Assembly (NCBI GenBank): GCA_022795155.1
Contig: JAAWGF010000001.1
Location: 74,826-138,825, forward strand
Direction of reading: 5' to 3'
Length of the DNA stretch: 64,000 nt
From: Bacilli bacterium
GTDB lineage: Bacteria > Bacillota_I > Bacilli_A > RF39 > UBA660
The notes under the pieces were generated by a model. It saw only the letters and a list, made by a program, of their open reading frames with translations, had not been told where the DNA came from and did not search any database. The translations under genes and the position numbers were made by a program. Positions 38,414 to 47,872 of the stretch are shown here, piece by piece (within the stretch, counting starts at the first letter, position 1; each line of letters opens with the position of its first letter).

Positions 38414-39442
38414 ATGACGAATTTTAAATGGAATATGATGGATATAATGGATGATTTTCAGACGGTAAATAATAAAATGGCTCTGCCTAAAAATAGTCGT
38501 AATATATCATTGTATTGTGATGTTCGTAGGCTTAAGTCATTATTAAAAAAATATCCTAAAATATATTTAAAAAATTTTGCAAAAGGTTATTATCCACATC
38601 TTAAAAGGCAATATGAAAAAATTTTTAATAAAGAATTTGAATATATACTAAATATTATTATTGATAATATTGTAATCTTTAGAAAGTTATTTAGTAAAAT
38701 TGCTAATGCCGATTTTGATATAAATGTTGAAATACCACTAGATACTATAGCAATAGATAATGAATTAGTTAATTGTTTGAAGTCTTTTTTTGGTAACTAT
38801 AATCATAATTTGTTACTATATTTTGAACAATTATATAATAATCATAATATTAATATTGAAGATTTTGCCTATGATGAATATGCTGGTGAATGTATTAATA
38901 TTAGTAGTTTAAATAAGCAATATATAAATATTTATTCAAGAAATATTATTCCATCTATTATTCATGAAGTATCTCATGCCTATGAGTTTCGAATAGAAAA
39001 AGATATAAAGTCATGGTTTTATGATATTAATTTATATAATGAGAGTTTTGCTATTATTACGACATTAATTGGTGATGAGTATTTTCAAGGTTCAAATTAT
39101 TGTTTAAGCGCTATAACTGATAAGGTTTCTTTTTTACAGACTATTTATATTTTAGCAAATAATTTATATTATGAATTAATGCATGGAATGACTAATTTTT
39201 CTCTTTCTGATTTTATTTATGCATATGATGCTAATATAGCTATGGCCTTGGCAGAACAATATCAAAACAATCCTAAAGAGGCTAAAAAAAATATTGATTA
39301 TTATTTAAATAATAGTTCTACTGATTTTTCTAATAAATTATTAAAAAGTATTGATATTGATTTAAATAGGTTATATAGTGGGGATTATTATTTAGAATAT
39401 TATAAAAGTACAAAAGAAACCGTAAAAAAACTCTATTTATAA
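38414..39442 (+). CDS. Putative zinc metallopeptidase (M3-like core)
   Basis: IIHEVSHA (HExxH) with downstream NESFA. Confidence 0.5.
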   Translation: MTNFKWNMMDIMDDFQTVNNKMALPKNSRNISLYCDVRRLKSLLKKYPKIYLKNFAKGYYPHLKRQYEKIFNKEFEYILNIIIDNIVIFRKLFSKIANADFDINVEIPLDTIAIDNELVNCLKSFFGNYNHNLLLYFEQLYNNHNINIEDFAYDEYAGECINISSLNKQYINIYSRNIIPSIIHEVSHAYEFRIEKDIKSWFYDINLYNESFAIITTLIGDEYFQGSNYCLSAITDKVSFLQTIYILANNLYYELMHGMTNFSLSDFIYAYDANIAMALAEQYQNNPKEAKKNIDYYLNNSSTDFSNKLLKSIDIDLNRLYSGDYYLEYYKSTKETVKKLYL

Positions 39443-39461
39443 TTAAATGAGGTGGTATTTA

Positions 39462-40244
39462 ATGGAAAGATATCTGAGTATTGTTTTAAGTGAGGATTGT
39501 CATATATCTAAAACTTTAATGGCTGATAATAGTTATGAATTAGATAAATATATTTATGATCATTTTAAAAATTCAGAACAAGTTAGACAGAAATATAGTT
39601 TACAAATATCCTCTTTTTTAGATGAAAATAGAAATCTTATTCATAGTATTGAAGATAAAACTAATAAAATGTATCGTGGACAGATTGTTATTTTAAAAGT
39701 TAATGAAGATGGAACTTTAAAACGTATTAAAGTTATTTATAAAAGTGATGTAATGCGAATAAAAAATGGACTTTTACTAGATCAGGAATTTATGAGAAAA
39801 TTTGTTTATAATAATCGAAAATATTTTTCGCAATTTATTTATTATAAAACTAAAAATAATCAAAGCCAAACTTTTTATCAAAAAATGATGAATGAATTTT
39901 ATAATAAGATTAAGACAGATTGTTCTTTTTTTAAATTTTGTCGTACAATTTTAAAATATGCCGAAGAATATGATGATAAAAATTCAATTAACATCGTTGA
40001 TAATAAATTAGAAAAAAAGGATAATGTGAATTCGTTAATGTTCCCTAATGATGCTATAGATGATAGTGATGAAACCCCAGATCCTGATTGGGATTTTCAT
40101 CCTGATTTAGATGAAGTAGCTATGGGGAGGTATCTAGATGATGATACTATCAGTTATAATATAGAAGATGACAGTGATAAAAAAGTAAAAACTAATGTAA
40201 AGATTTATAAAAGGGATCCTAATCAGCTTTCATTTTTTGACTAA
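39462..40244 (+). CDS. Hypothetical protein with acidic C-terminal region
   Basis: GAGGTGG RBS before ATG 39462; no recognisable motif. Confidence 0.7.
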   Translation: MERYLSIVLSEDCHISKTLMADNSYELDKYIYDHFKNSEQVRQKYSLQISSFLDENRNLIHSIEDKTNKMYRGQIVILKVNEDGTLKRIKVIYKSDVMRIKNGLLLDQEFMRKFVYNNRKYFSQFIYYKTKNNQSQTFYQKMMNEFYNKIKTDCSFFKFCRTILKYAEEYDDKNSINIVDNKLEKKDNVNSLMFPNDAIDDSDETPDPDWDFHPDLDEVAMGRYLDDDTISYNIEDDSDKKVKTNVKIYKRDPNQLSFFD

Positions 40245-40314
40245 CATATGTAAAGTGCATATGTTTTTTTATGTTAATTTTTTTATTTTATGCTATACTA
40301 AAAATGGTGATAGT

Positions 40315-41589
40315 ATGAATATTATTGATATAATAAATAAAAAGAGAAAAGATGGAATTTTAACATTTGAAGAAATCGAATTTGCGATTAATGGTTTCTT
40401 AAATGATGAAATTTTAGATTCACAGATGAGTTCTTTATTAATGGCAATGGTTATCAATGGAATGAGTGATCAAGAGACTTTTGATATGACAGATATTATG
40501 CTAAAGAGTGGTGATATTGTTGACTTAAGTAGTATTAATGGTATTAAAGTTGATAAGCATTCAACTGGTGGTGTTGGTGATAAAACATCTTTGATTGTTG
40601 TGCCTTTAGTCGCTTCATGTGGTGTTAAGGTTGCTAAAATGAGTGGTCGGGGATTAGGTCATACTGGAGGTACTATTGATAAGTTAGAGTCTATTGATGG
40701 TTTTAACGTTAATTTGAGTGAAGAGTCTTTTATAAAGCAGGTTAATGAAATAGGTTGTGCTTTAATTAGCCAAACTTTTGAGTTGGCACCAGCTGATAAA
40801 AAAATTTATGCATTAAGAGATAAAACGGCAACTGTTGAATCGATTCCTTTAATTGCGGCAAGTATTATGAGTAAAAAATTAGCTAGTGGCGCTGATAAAA
40901 TTGTCATTGATGTTAAAGTTGGCGAAGATGCTTTCATGAAAGAGATTGATAGCGCTAGAGAATTAGCCAAATTGATGGTTAAGATTGGGAAAAATAAAGG
41001 CAAAGAGGTAGTTTGCGTTTTAACCAATATGGAACAACCTTTAGGTAATCACATTGGCAATGCTTTAGAAGTTCATGAAGCTATAAAAACATTAAACAAC
41101 GATGGTCCTAAAGATTTAGTTAGTGTTGTTATGACTTTGGCAAGTATTATGGTTAGTTTAGGAAAAAGTATTTCTATTGAAGACGCTAAAACAGAGGTAG
41201 AAGAAAATTTAAGAAATGGTAAGGCTTATCAAAAATTTAAAGATATGGTTGCTTATCAACAAGGAAATATCGAAAATATACCTGTTTCAAAGCATGTCTT
41301 TTCTATAAAAAGTTCCAAAACTGGTTTTATTACGGAAATAAATGCTTATAGATTGGGCATGATAGAACGTAGTATGAATGCTAACCGTTTTAATCAAGAT
41401 GGATTAATTGATGCAACAGTTGGTTTTGTTTTAAATAAAAAAATTGGCGATTATGTTTTAGAGAATGAAGAACTTTTAAAGGTATATTTAAATACTAATG
41501 ATGTAAATGTTAAAGAGGTTTTGGATTGTTTTGAAATTAAAGATAATTTGGCTCAGGAATTACCTTTAATATACGAGATTATAAAATAA
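40315..41589 (+). CDS. pdp: Pyrimidine-nucleoside (thymidine) phosphorylase
   Basis: DKHSTGGVGDK, KMSGRGLGHTGGTIDKLESI, IYALRD, SIMSKK. Confidence 0.96.
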   Translation: MNIIDIINKKRKDGILTFEEIEFAINGFLNDEILDSQMSSLLMAMVINGMSDQETFDMTDIMLKSGDIVDLSSINGIKVDKHSTGGVGDKTSLIVVPLVASCGVKVAKMSGRGLGHTGGTIDKLESIDGFNVNLSEESFIKQVNEIGCALISQTFELAPADKKIYALRDKTATVESIPLIAASIMSKKLASGADKIVIDVKVGEDAFMKEIDSARELAKLMVKIGKNKGKEVVCVLTNMEQPLGNHIGNALEVHEAIKTLNNDGPKDLVSVVMTLASIMVSLGKSISIEDAKTEVEENLRNGKAYQKFKDMVAYQQGNIENIPVSKHVFSIKSSKTGFITEINAYRLGMIERSMNANRFNQDGLIDATVGFVLNKKIGDYVLENEELLKVYLNTNDVNVKEVLDCFEIKDNLAQELPLIYEIIK

Positions 41590-41695
41590 AACTTAAGTTA
41601 GACTTAAGTTTTTATGTCAAAATTTGTCAACAAAAGACAAATCTCTTGAATACAATTTGAATATATTATATTATAAAAATAGGGAGCGTGATAAG

Positions 41696-41890
41696 ATGAT
41701 ATATCCTTCAATTGATAAATTGTTGAACAAAGTTGGTTCAAAGTATTTATTAGTAAATATTGTTGCTAAAAGAGTAAAAGAAATGGAAGAAACTAATCAT
41801 TATCAATTAAAAGAAAAAGAATATATGTCAAAGAAAAATATTGGTAAAGCATTAGAAGAAATATCTAAAGATTTAATTCATTTAGATTAA
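41696..41890 (+). CDS. rpoZ: RNA polymerase omega subunit
   Basis: MIYPSIDKLL..V.SKY.LV...AKR...KALEEI. Confidence 0.92.
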   Translation: MIYPSIDKLLNKVGSKYLLVNIVAKRVKEMEETNHYQLKEKEYMSKKNIGKALEEISKDLIHLD

Positions 41891-41918
41891 ATTTTTAATT
41901 TTGAATCATAGATTGTAT

Positions 41919-42242
41919 CTACGATTTTTTTATTGTAATAATATCGCCTATTTTATAATCAACCAAATTTGCGCTGAATTCATAAGTATAGAAAACATTT
42001 TTTTTAGGTAAGATAATTTTCCATGGTTTTAAATTTTTTATGACATAAATTACAGTGTTGTTAATATCAGTCATAACAATATCGATATTTTGTTTCATGA
42101 AAAAGGTATGAATACTATTACATTTAGGAAAACAAAGTGCATAATCAATTTTTTCTTTTTTAAACATAAGACCTAGTAACCGGGTTTTAAAATTCTTACA
42201 CATTATAATATTTATTTCCATATTATTCCAAATAATTTTCAT
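41919..42242 (-). CDS. DUF192 family protein
   Basis: RLLGLMFK, CNSIHTFFM...IDIV, LKPWK; divergent from the tad locus. Confidence 0.8.
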   Translation of the reverse strand: MKIIWNNMEINIIMCKNFKTRLLGLMFKKEKIDYALCFPKCNSIHTFFMKQNIDIVMTDINNTVIYVIKNLKPWKIILPKKNVFYTYEFSANLVDYKIGDIITIKKS

Positions 42243-42279
42243 AACCTCACCAAATAGAATATAACACAAAAAAAATAGT

Positions 42280-42308
42280 TTGACAAATACTAAAAAAAAG
42301 TATAAACT
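42280..42308 (+). promoter_or_regulatory. flp promoter
   Basis: TTGACA-N17-TAAACT with an A8 run in the spacer. Confidence 0.6.
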
Positions 42309-42341
42309 TATTTTAGATATAAGTGATGGAGGTTAAGACAT

Positions 42342-42539
42342 ATGAAGATGAATAATAGAGGTCAAGCATTAGTTGAATACATTTTAATTATCGCGGTAAT
42401 TAGTGTTGTTGTTGTAAGTATTGTTAAATTATTAGGCGGATATTTACAAGATTCGATGACTAAGTCTTCTTGTGCTTTAGTTGATAAAGTTTATGTTGAA
42501 GGTAGCAAACCTGGCGAAGGAACTTGCGTTGATAAATAA
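42342..42539 (+). CDS. flp: Flp-type major pilin
   Basis: RG|QALVEY prepilin motif (E5, Y6), hydrophobic helix, C-terminal Cys pair; GGAGG RBS. Confidence 0.88.
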   Translation: MKMNNRGQALVEYILIIAVISVVVVSIVKLLGGYLQDSMTKSSCALVDKVYVEGSKPGEGTCVDK

Positions 42540-42550
42540 ATAAAATATCT

Positions 42551-42578
42551 AAAAAGTGGATTTAAAATTCACTTTTTT
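42551..42578 (+). terminator. Terminator after flp
   Basis: AAAAAGTGGAT-TTAAA-ATTCACTTTTT followed by more T. Confidence 0.65.
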
Positions 42579-42635
42579 TCTTGTTTAAAGACCGATGTTT
42601 TGGTATAATTATAATGATTATAGGGTAGGGATTTT

Positions 42636-42974
42636 ATGAAGAATAGTAGGGGTCAAGCATTAGTTGAGTTTATTATTGTTGTTCCAATCTTAATATTTAT
42701 TATTATGGCTATTATTGATTTTGGAAATATTACTATAAAAAAAATGCGATTAGAAAATAGTTTAGATACGGTTGTGTCTTTGTATCAAAAACAGGATTTT
42801 GCATCAATTCAAAATTTAACGCTAAGTGATGATTTTAGTTTTTCATATTCCAAAAACCAAAATATATCAACAATAGTTCTTAAAAAAAATGTTAAAATTT
42901 TTACACCATTTTTAAATCTTATTTTAGGTGAAAACTATTTGTTAGAAACTAGTAGGGCTGTTTATGAAAAATAA
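42636..42974 (+). CDS. tadE: TadE-like minor pilin
   Basis: RG|QALVEF.IV.P prepilin motif. Confidence 0.8.
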   Translation: MKNSRGQALVEFIIVVPILIFIIMAIIDFGNITIKKMRLENSLDTVVSLYQKQDFASIQNLTLSDDFSFSYSKNQNISTIVLKKNVKIFTPFLNLILGENYLLETSRAVYEK

Positions 42975-43374
42975 TCATGGACAAACATTAATTCTATTTA
43001 TATTTATTTTGCCAATTATTATTAGTTTAGTTTTATTACTTATAAATTATAGTTTTTTAAGTAATGAAAAACTAAAACTTACAAATAATGTCAAAATGGC
43101 GATAGAATATGGTTTAAAATTGAAATTAGATGATAGTGTTGTTGAAGATGGTTATTTAACTAATACAGAGATAAAAAATAAAATCGAATATTTACTACAA
43201 CAGAATATATCATATGATACCATGGATATTGCTGTTAATGATACTAATATTATGATTAATGTTACTAAAAGATTTGATAATTTTGTGAAGATATTAAATT
43301 TTTTTCCAACTGATATTGAACTTAAATTTTATGGAACTATTAATAATGGTCAAATAATGATTGAGAGGCGATAA
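42964..43374 (+). CDS. TadG/TadF-like pseudopilin lacking Glu5
   Basis: HG|QTLILF..ILP. Confidence 0.65.
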   Translation: MKNNHGQTLILFIFILPIIISLVLLLINYSFLSNEKLKLTNNVKMAIEYGLKLKLDDSVVEDGYLTNTEIKNKIEYLLQQNISYDTMDIAVNDTNIMINVTKRFDNFVKILNFFPTDIELKFYGTINNGQIMIERR

Positions 43375-43376
43375 AT

Positions 43377-44150
43377 ATGGCAGTTAAGCAGGCAGATGTT
43401 TTAACAGTTACTTCGGTTAAGGGCGGAACAGGTAAAACAACTAATGTATTAAATATAGCAGGTATTTTAAGTGGTATTGGTAAATCAGTATTAATTATTG
43501 ATTTAGATTTATATACAGGCGGAGTGGCATGTAGTCTTAATATTGATAATGATAAGGATTTATTTTTACTTGTTAATGATATGAGTAATAATAAATTTGA
43601 TTATTTAGAAAATTATATTGTTAAATACAATGATAAGATTGATGTCATTCCAGCACCTAAGGATCCACGTGATGCTTCTAAAATTAGCGCAAAATATTTA
43701 AATGTTGTTCTTTCTAAAGCTAAAATGAAGTATGATGTTGTTTTGATTGATACTAATCATTTATTAACTGATAATAATTTGGTCATTTTAGATAATAGTG
43801 ATGTTATTTTATATTTTATTAGTAATGATCCAATTGATTTAAAAAATATGAGATCAATGATATCTATTTTTAAAGATATGGAAGTAGATAATTATCGTAT
43901 AGTTTTAAACAATTCATTAAATAGAGATAAGAATATGTTTAATAATTATGATATTAAAACAGTTATAAATAATAAAGTTGATTATATTTTACCTTCAGCA
44001 TTTTATGAAAAAAATATTAATCGTTATGTAATGAAGGGTGAAATTATTACTTTAGATAAAAAGTATATTAGTAATCATAGGAAGGAAATACTTTCTTATC
44101 AAATATTTCTAGAAGGATTGTTAAAAAAGAAGGTGAAAAATAATGACTAA
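43377..44150 (+). CDS. TadZ/CpaE-like ParA/MinD-family ATPase
   Basis: SVKGGTGKTT, LIIDLD, YDVVLIDT; upstream of tadA. Confidence 0.8.
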   Translation: MAVKQADVLTVTSVKGGTGKTTNVLNIAGILSGIGKSVLIIDLDLYTGGVACSLNIDNDKDLFLLVNDMSNNKFDYLENYIVKYNDKIDVIPAPKDPRDASKISAKYLNVVLSKAKMKYDVVLIDTNHLLTDNNLVILDNSDVILYFISNDPIDLKNMRSMISIFKDMEVDNYRIVLNNSLNRDKNMFNNYDIKTVINNKVDYILPSAFYEKNINRYVMKGEIITLDKKYISNHRKEILSYQIFLEGLLKKKVKNND

Positions 44151-45486
44151 AAAAAAATTTGTTGAAGAATTTGATATTGAAATTGAACAACCAAATTTAA
44201 AATATGTTAGTGATTATGATACTTTTGAGAATAAAAACCTGTTAGATGAATTAAGAAATAAAATTATTCAAAATCTTATTGATGATAATTTTAAAAATAA
44301 TGGTTCAATGGATGAGTATGTTAAAAAGGAAATTGATAAGACAATAGCTGGTTATGATTTATCAAATGTTGAAAGAAGTTATATTTATAATTTGATTGAT
44401 AATGAAATAAATGGGTATGGGCCTATTTCAGAATTATTAGAAGATAAAAGTATTACTGAAATTATGGTTAATGGTATTAATGAAATTTATATTGAAATCG
44501 ATGGTCGCGTTATCAGAGATGAGAGTGTATCTTTTATAAATGAAGATCATATAATTAGAACTATTCAAAGGATGATTCAACCATTAGGTAGAACAATTGA
44601 TACTTCTAATCCTATGGTTGATGCGCGTCTTAATGATGGTTCAAGACTTAATGCGGTTATTCCACCATTATCTTTAAATGGGCCGATTTTAACAATTAGA
44701 AAGTTTAAGGATGAACTTGCGAATATTGATGATTTTTTACGTAGTGGTGCTTTAACTCCTTATATGGCTAGATTTTTAGAGGCGTGTGTTCAAGCTAAAC
44801 TTAATATTATTATAAGTGGTGGAACGGGTAGTGGTAAAACAACGCTTTTAAATGTTTTATCTTCATTTATTAATCATGATGAGCGCATTATTACCATTGA
44901 AGATGCTGCTGAGTTAAAACTAAAACAACAACATGTAATTTCTTTGGAAACACGCTTGGTTAATTATGAAGGTCAGGGTGAGGTTACAATTCGCGATTTA
45001 GTTATTAATTCTCTTCGTATGCGCCCAGATCGAATTATTGTTGGTGAAGTTCGTGGTAAAGAGGCTTTTGATATGTTACAGGCTATGAATACTGGACATA
45101 GTGGTAGTTTAACTACTTTGCATGCTAATTCACCGGTTGATGCTTTAAATCGCCTTGAAACAATGATTTTAATGGCTGGAATGGATATACCTATTAAGGC
45201 TTTAAGAGAGTATATTGAAAATGCGATTGATATCGTTGTTCATATTGAAAGATTAAACGATGGTAGAAGAAAAATAACAAGTATTTGTGAGATTGTTGGG
45301 TTTGATGAGGATACAATTAAATTAAAAGAGATTTTTGAATTTAAGAAAACGGGTCTTTTAAATAATCGTGAGGTTGATGGAGAATTTGTGCGTCACAATT
45401 ATATTCCTAAAGTGTATAAGGAATTAAAAGCTAAAGGTATTGATACATTAAAGGATATTTTTGAAGTTGGAGAAAAGAATGCATAA
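44143..45486 (+). CDS. tadA: Tad pilus assembly ATPase TadA/CpaF
   Basis: [37 protein letters not shown]. Confidence 0.96.
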   Translation: MTKKKFVEEFDIEIEQPNLKYVSDYDTFENKNLLDELRNKIIQNLIDDNFKNNGSMDEYVKKEIDKTIAGYDLSNVERSYIYNLIDNEINGYGPISELLEDKSITEIMVNGINEIYIEIDGRVIRDESVSFINEDHIIRTIQRMIQPLGRTIDTSNPMVDARLNDGSRLNAVIPPLSLNGPILTIRKFKDELANIDDFLRSGALTPYMARFLEACVQAKLNIIISGGTGSGKTTLLNVLSSFINHDERIITIEDAAELKLKQQHVISLETRLVNYEGQGEVTIRDLVINSLRMRPDRIIVGEVRGKEAFDMLQAMNTGHSGSLTTLHANSPVDALNRLETMILMAGMDIPIKALREYIENAIDIVVHIERLNDGRRKITSICEIVGFDEDTIKLKEIFEFKKTGLLNNREVDGEFVRHNYIPKVYKELKAKGIDTLKDIFEVGEKNA

Positions 45487-47044
45487 TTCGAATGGATTGA
45501 GTATTGATTCTTCATTAACGCCAACTAATCAAGATATTAATATTATATTTACACCTACTTCCAATGTAGTAAGTTATAAATATCGTATCTTTAAAAATGC
45601 TAATGATAATTTAACGACAGCATCAGGAACTTTAGATAATCCAACTATTATCTATAGTGAATATGGAATTAATAATAATCTCCCTAGCAATATTGTTTTA
45701 ACAGAAACAGGAAATTATCAATTAGAAATAATTACGACCGATTTTAATGGTAATAATCAGATTATTAATAGTGGTATTTATGTTATTGATAAAGAAGCAC
45801 CAGAAATCGTTTTAAAAAATTATAATAATCATACTGTTGATTATAAAAAGGGCGAAACAGAATTTGATGTTTTAGATGGTGTCACTGTTTTTGATAATTA
45901 TGATGGTGACATATTAAATAAATTGGTAACTAACTATGATGAATTGGATTTAAGCAAAGAGGGTATTCATGAATTGAATTATCAAGTTGTAGACCAAGCT
46001 GGGAATGTATCTATTAAAACACTAAATATAAATGTCTTAAAAAGTGATCTTAGTATTATTCATCTTTGGCAAATTTTAATTTTACTTTGTTTATTACCAA
46101 TTATTATTTATATATTGATTTATAATCGTTCAACGAGACTAGAAAAGAGATTAACTAAATATAGTGTTGAGCCTATAAAAAAAAATACAGTTTCATTATT
46201 TGACCATGTTTTAACTATATATAAGAAAATAATTTTTAATTTGAAATCCATTCTTTTAAAATCAGTTTTTATTTCTAAACATCGTAAAAAATTTGATAAG
46301 TATGTTGGAATTGTTGATAATTTTCATAAAGATGGTTTAGAATTTATTTGTAGTAAAATATTAGCTGGGGCTTTAGTGTTAATTTTGGCTATTTTTATTA
46401 AAACACTTCAGTTTAAAGTTCTAGCACTAGAGGAAGTTTTTATTCCGATTGTTTTAGGTTATTTATCTTTGAATATTTATTATATATTTAGGTATAAACA
46501 ATATCGTAGTCATTTAGAAAACGATTTGTTACAAGCTATTATTGTTATGAATAATTCTTTTAAATCAGGAAGAAGTATTACACAAGCGATTGAACTAGTT
46601 ACTAAAGAGTTGGAGGGTCCAATTGCCGATGAGTTTAAATTGATGCATATGCAACTACAATTTGGTTTATCATTAGATGTTGCTTTTTCTAGGTTTTCTG
46701 AACGAATTAAAATTGAAGAAGTTAATTATTTAACAGCTTCTTTAACAATTTTAAATAAAACAGGTGGAAATATTATTAAGGTATTTTCATCAATTGAAAA
46801 AACATTATTTAATAAGAAAAAATTAAAGTTGGAGTTAAAATCTTTGACTGGTAGTTCTAGAATTATTATGTATTTATTATCGGGATTACCTATATTTTTG
46901 GTTGTGGTAATTGCTATGATAAATCCTAATTATTTCGTAAGTTTATATACGACACCAATTGGATTAATAATTTTGTTAATTTCTTTGATAATTTATATTT
47001 CTTATATTATTGTTGTAAGAAAAATTATGAAAGTAGGGATGTAG
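45479..47044 (+). CDS. tadB: TadB platform protein with N-terminal Ig-like domains
   Basis: C-terminal T2SSF region (SGRSITQAI...GPIADEF...TGGN...); N-terminal DKEAPEI...DNYDGDI...YQVVDQAGN Ig motif. Confidence 0.85.
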   Translation: MHNSNGLSIDSSLTPTNQDINIIFTPTSNVVSYKYRIFKNANDNLTTASGTLDNPTIIYSEYGINNNLPSNIVLTETGNYQLEIITTDFNGNNQIINSGIYVIDKEAPEIVLKNYNNHTVDYKKGETEFDVLDGVTVFDNYDGDILNKLVTNYDELDLSKEGIHELNYQVVDQAGNVSIKTLNINVLKSDLSIIHLWQILILLCLLPIIIYILIYNRSTRLEKRLTKYSVEPIKKNTVSLFDHVLTIYKKIIFNLKSILLKSVFISKHRKKFDKYVGIVDNFHKDGLEFICSKILAGALVLILAIFIKTLQFKVLALEEVFIPIVLGYLSLNIYYIFRYKQYRSHLENDLLQAIIVMNNSFKSGRSITQAIELVTKELEGPIADEFKLMHMQLQFGLSLDVAFSRFSERIKIEEVNYLTASLTILNKTGGNIIKVFSSIEKTLFNKKKLKLELKSLTGSSRIIMYLLSGLPIFLVVVIAMINPNYFVSLYTTPIGLIILLISLIIYISYIIVVRKIMKVGM

Positions 47045-47047
47045 AAG

Positions 47048-47746
47048 ATGAAAAAAAATGGTTCCTTAATGAGCAGACTGTATCGTAATAAAACATTAGA
47101 ACAAATAAATACTAAAATTCTAATGTTAGGAAATGCTAAATTTGATGCTGTTACTTTCATGAATTTGCGACTTATTACAACAATCTTGATTTTTATTGTC
47201 ATTATATATTGGGGGAATTTAAGTTATATTTATGCTCCCTTTATGGCAATTATCTATTATGTATTATTTGAGTATTTATTTTTGAATAATAAATTGAAGC
47301 AGAGAGAAAAAAAATTAGATCATGAAGCCTTGACTTTTTTTGAAATATTAACTTTGACATTAGAATCGGGGCGTGATTTAGAAAGTGCGCTTGAAATAAC
47401 TTGTTTTAATACAAAGTCTGAGTTAAGCGATGAATTTAAAAAAACATTATTTGAAATGAAATTTGGCAAATCTTTAATGGAAGCATTAGAGGATATGAAG
47501 TCCAGAATTCCTTCAGAAACGGTTAATAATATTATTTTAAATATTGTTCAAACAAATATTTTTGGTAATAGTATTTTAGATACGATGTATAATCAAATTG
47601 AATTTCTAAGAGATAAACAAATATTAGAAATCAAAGAAAAAATTAATAAAATACCTAATAAAGTTAGTATTATATCAGTTATATTTATTGTGCCATTGAT
47701 TTTATTGTTATTATTAGGTCCATTTTTAATTGAGTTTATAGGTTAA
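47048..47746 (+). CDS. tadC: TadC platform protein
   Basis: LESGRDLE.AL, SELSDEF, FG.S..EALE; final TM with LLLGP. Confidence 0.85.
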   Translation: MKKNGSLMSRLYRNKTLEQINTKILMLGNAKFDAVTFMNLRLITTILIFIVIIYWGNLSYIYAPFMAIIYYVLFEYLFLNNKLKQREKKLDHEALTFFEILTLTLESGRDLESALEITCFNTKSELSDEFKKTLFEMKFGKSLMEALEDMKSRIPSETVNNIILNIVQTNIFGNSILDTMYNQIEFLRDKQILEIKEKINKIPNKVSIISVIFIVPLILLLLLGPFLIEFIG

Positions 47747-47872
47747 GAACTATTATTAGATTAGTGAATGAAATTTTTTCATTCATTTTTCTTAATATTT
47801 TTTTCGTATTTTAAATACGAATTTACTTATCAAGTATTTTATGGTATTATTTAATGAGAAAGTTGTGATATT

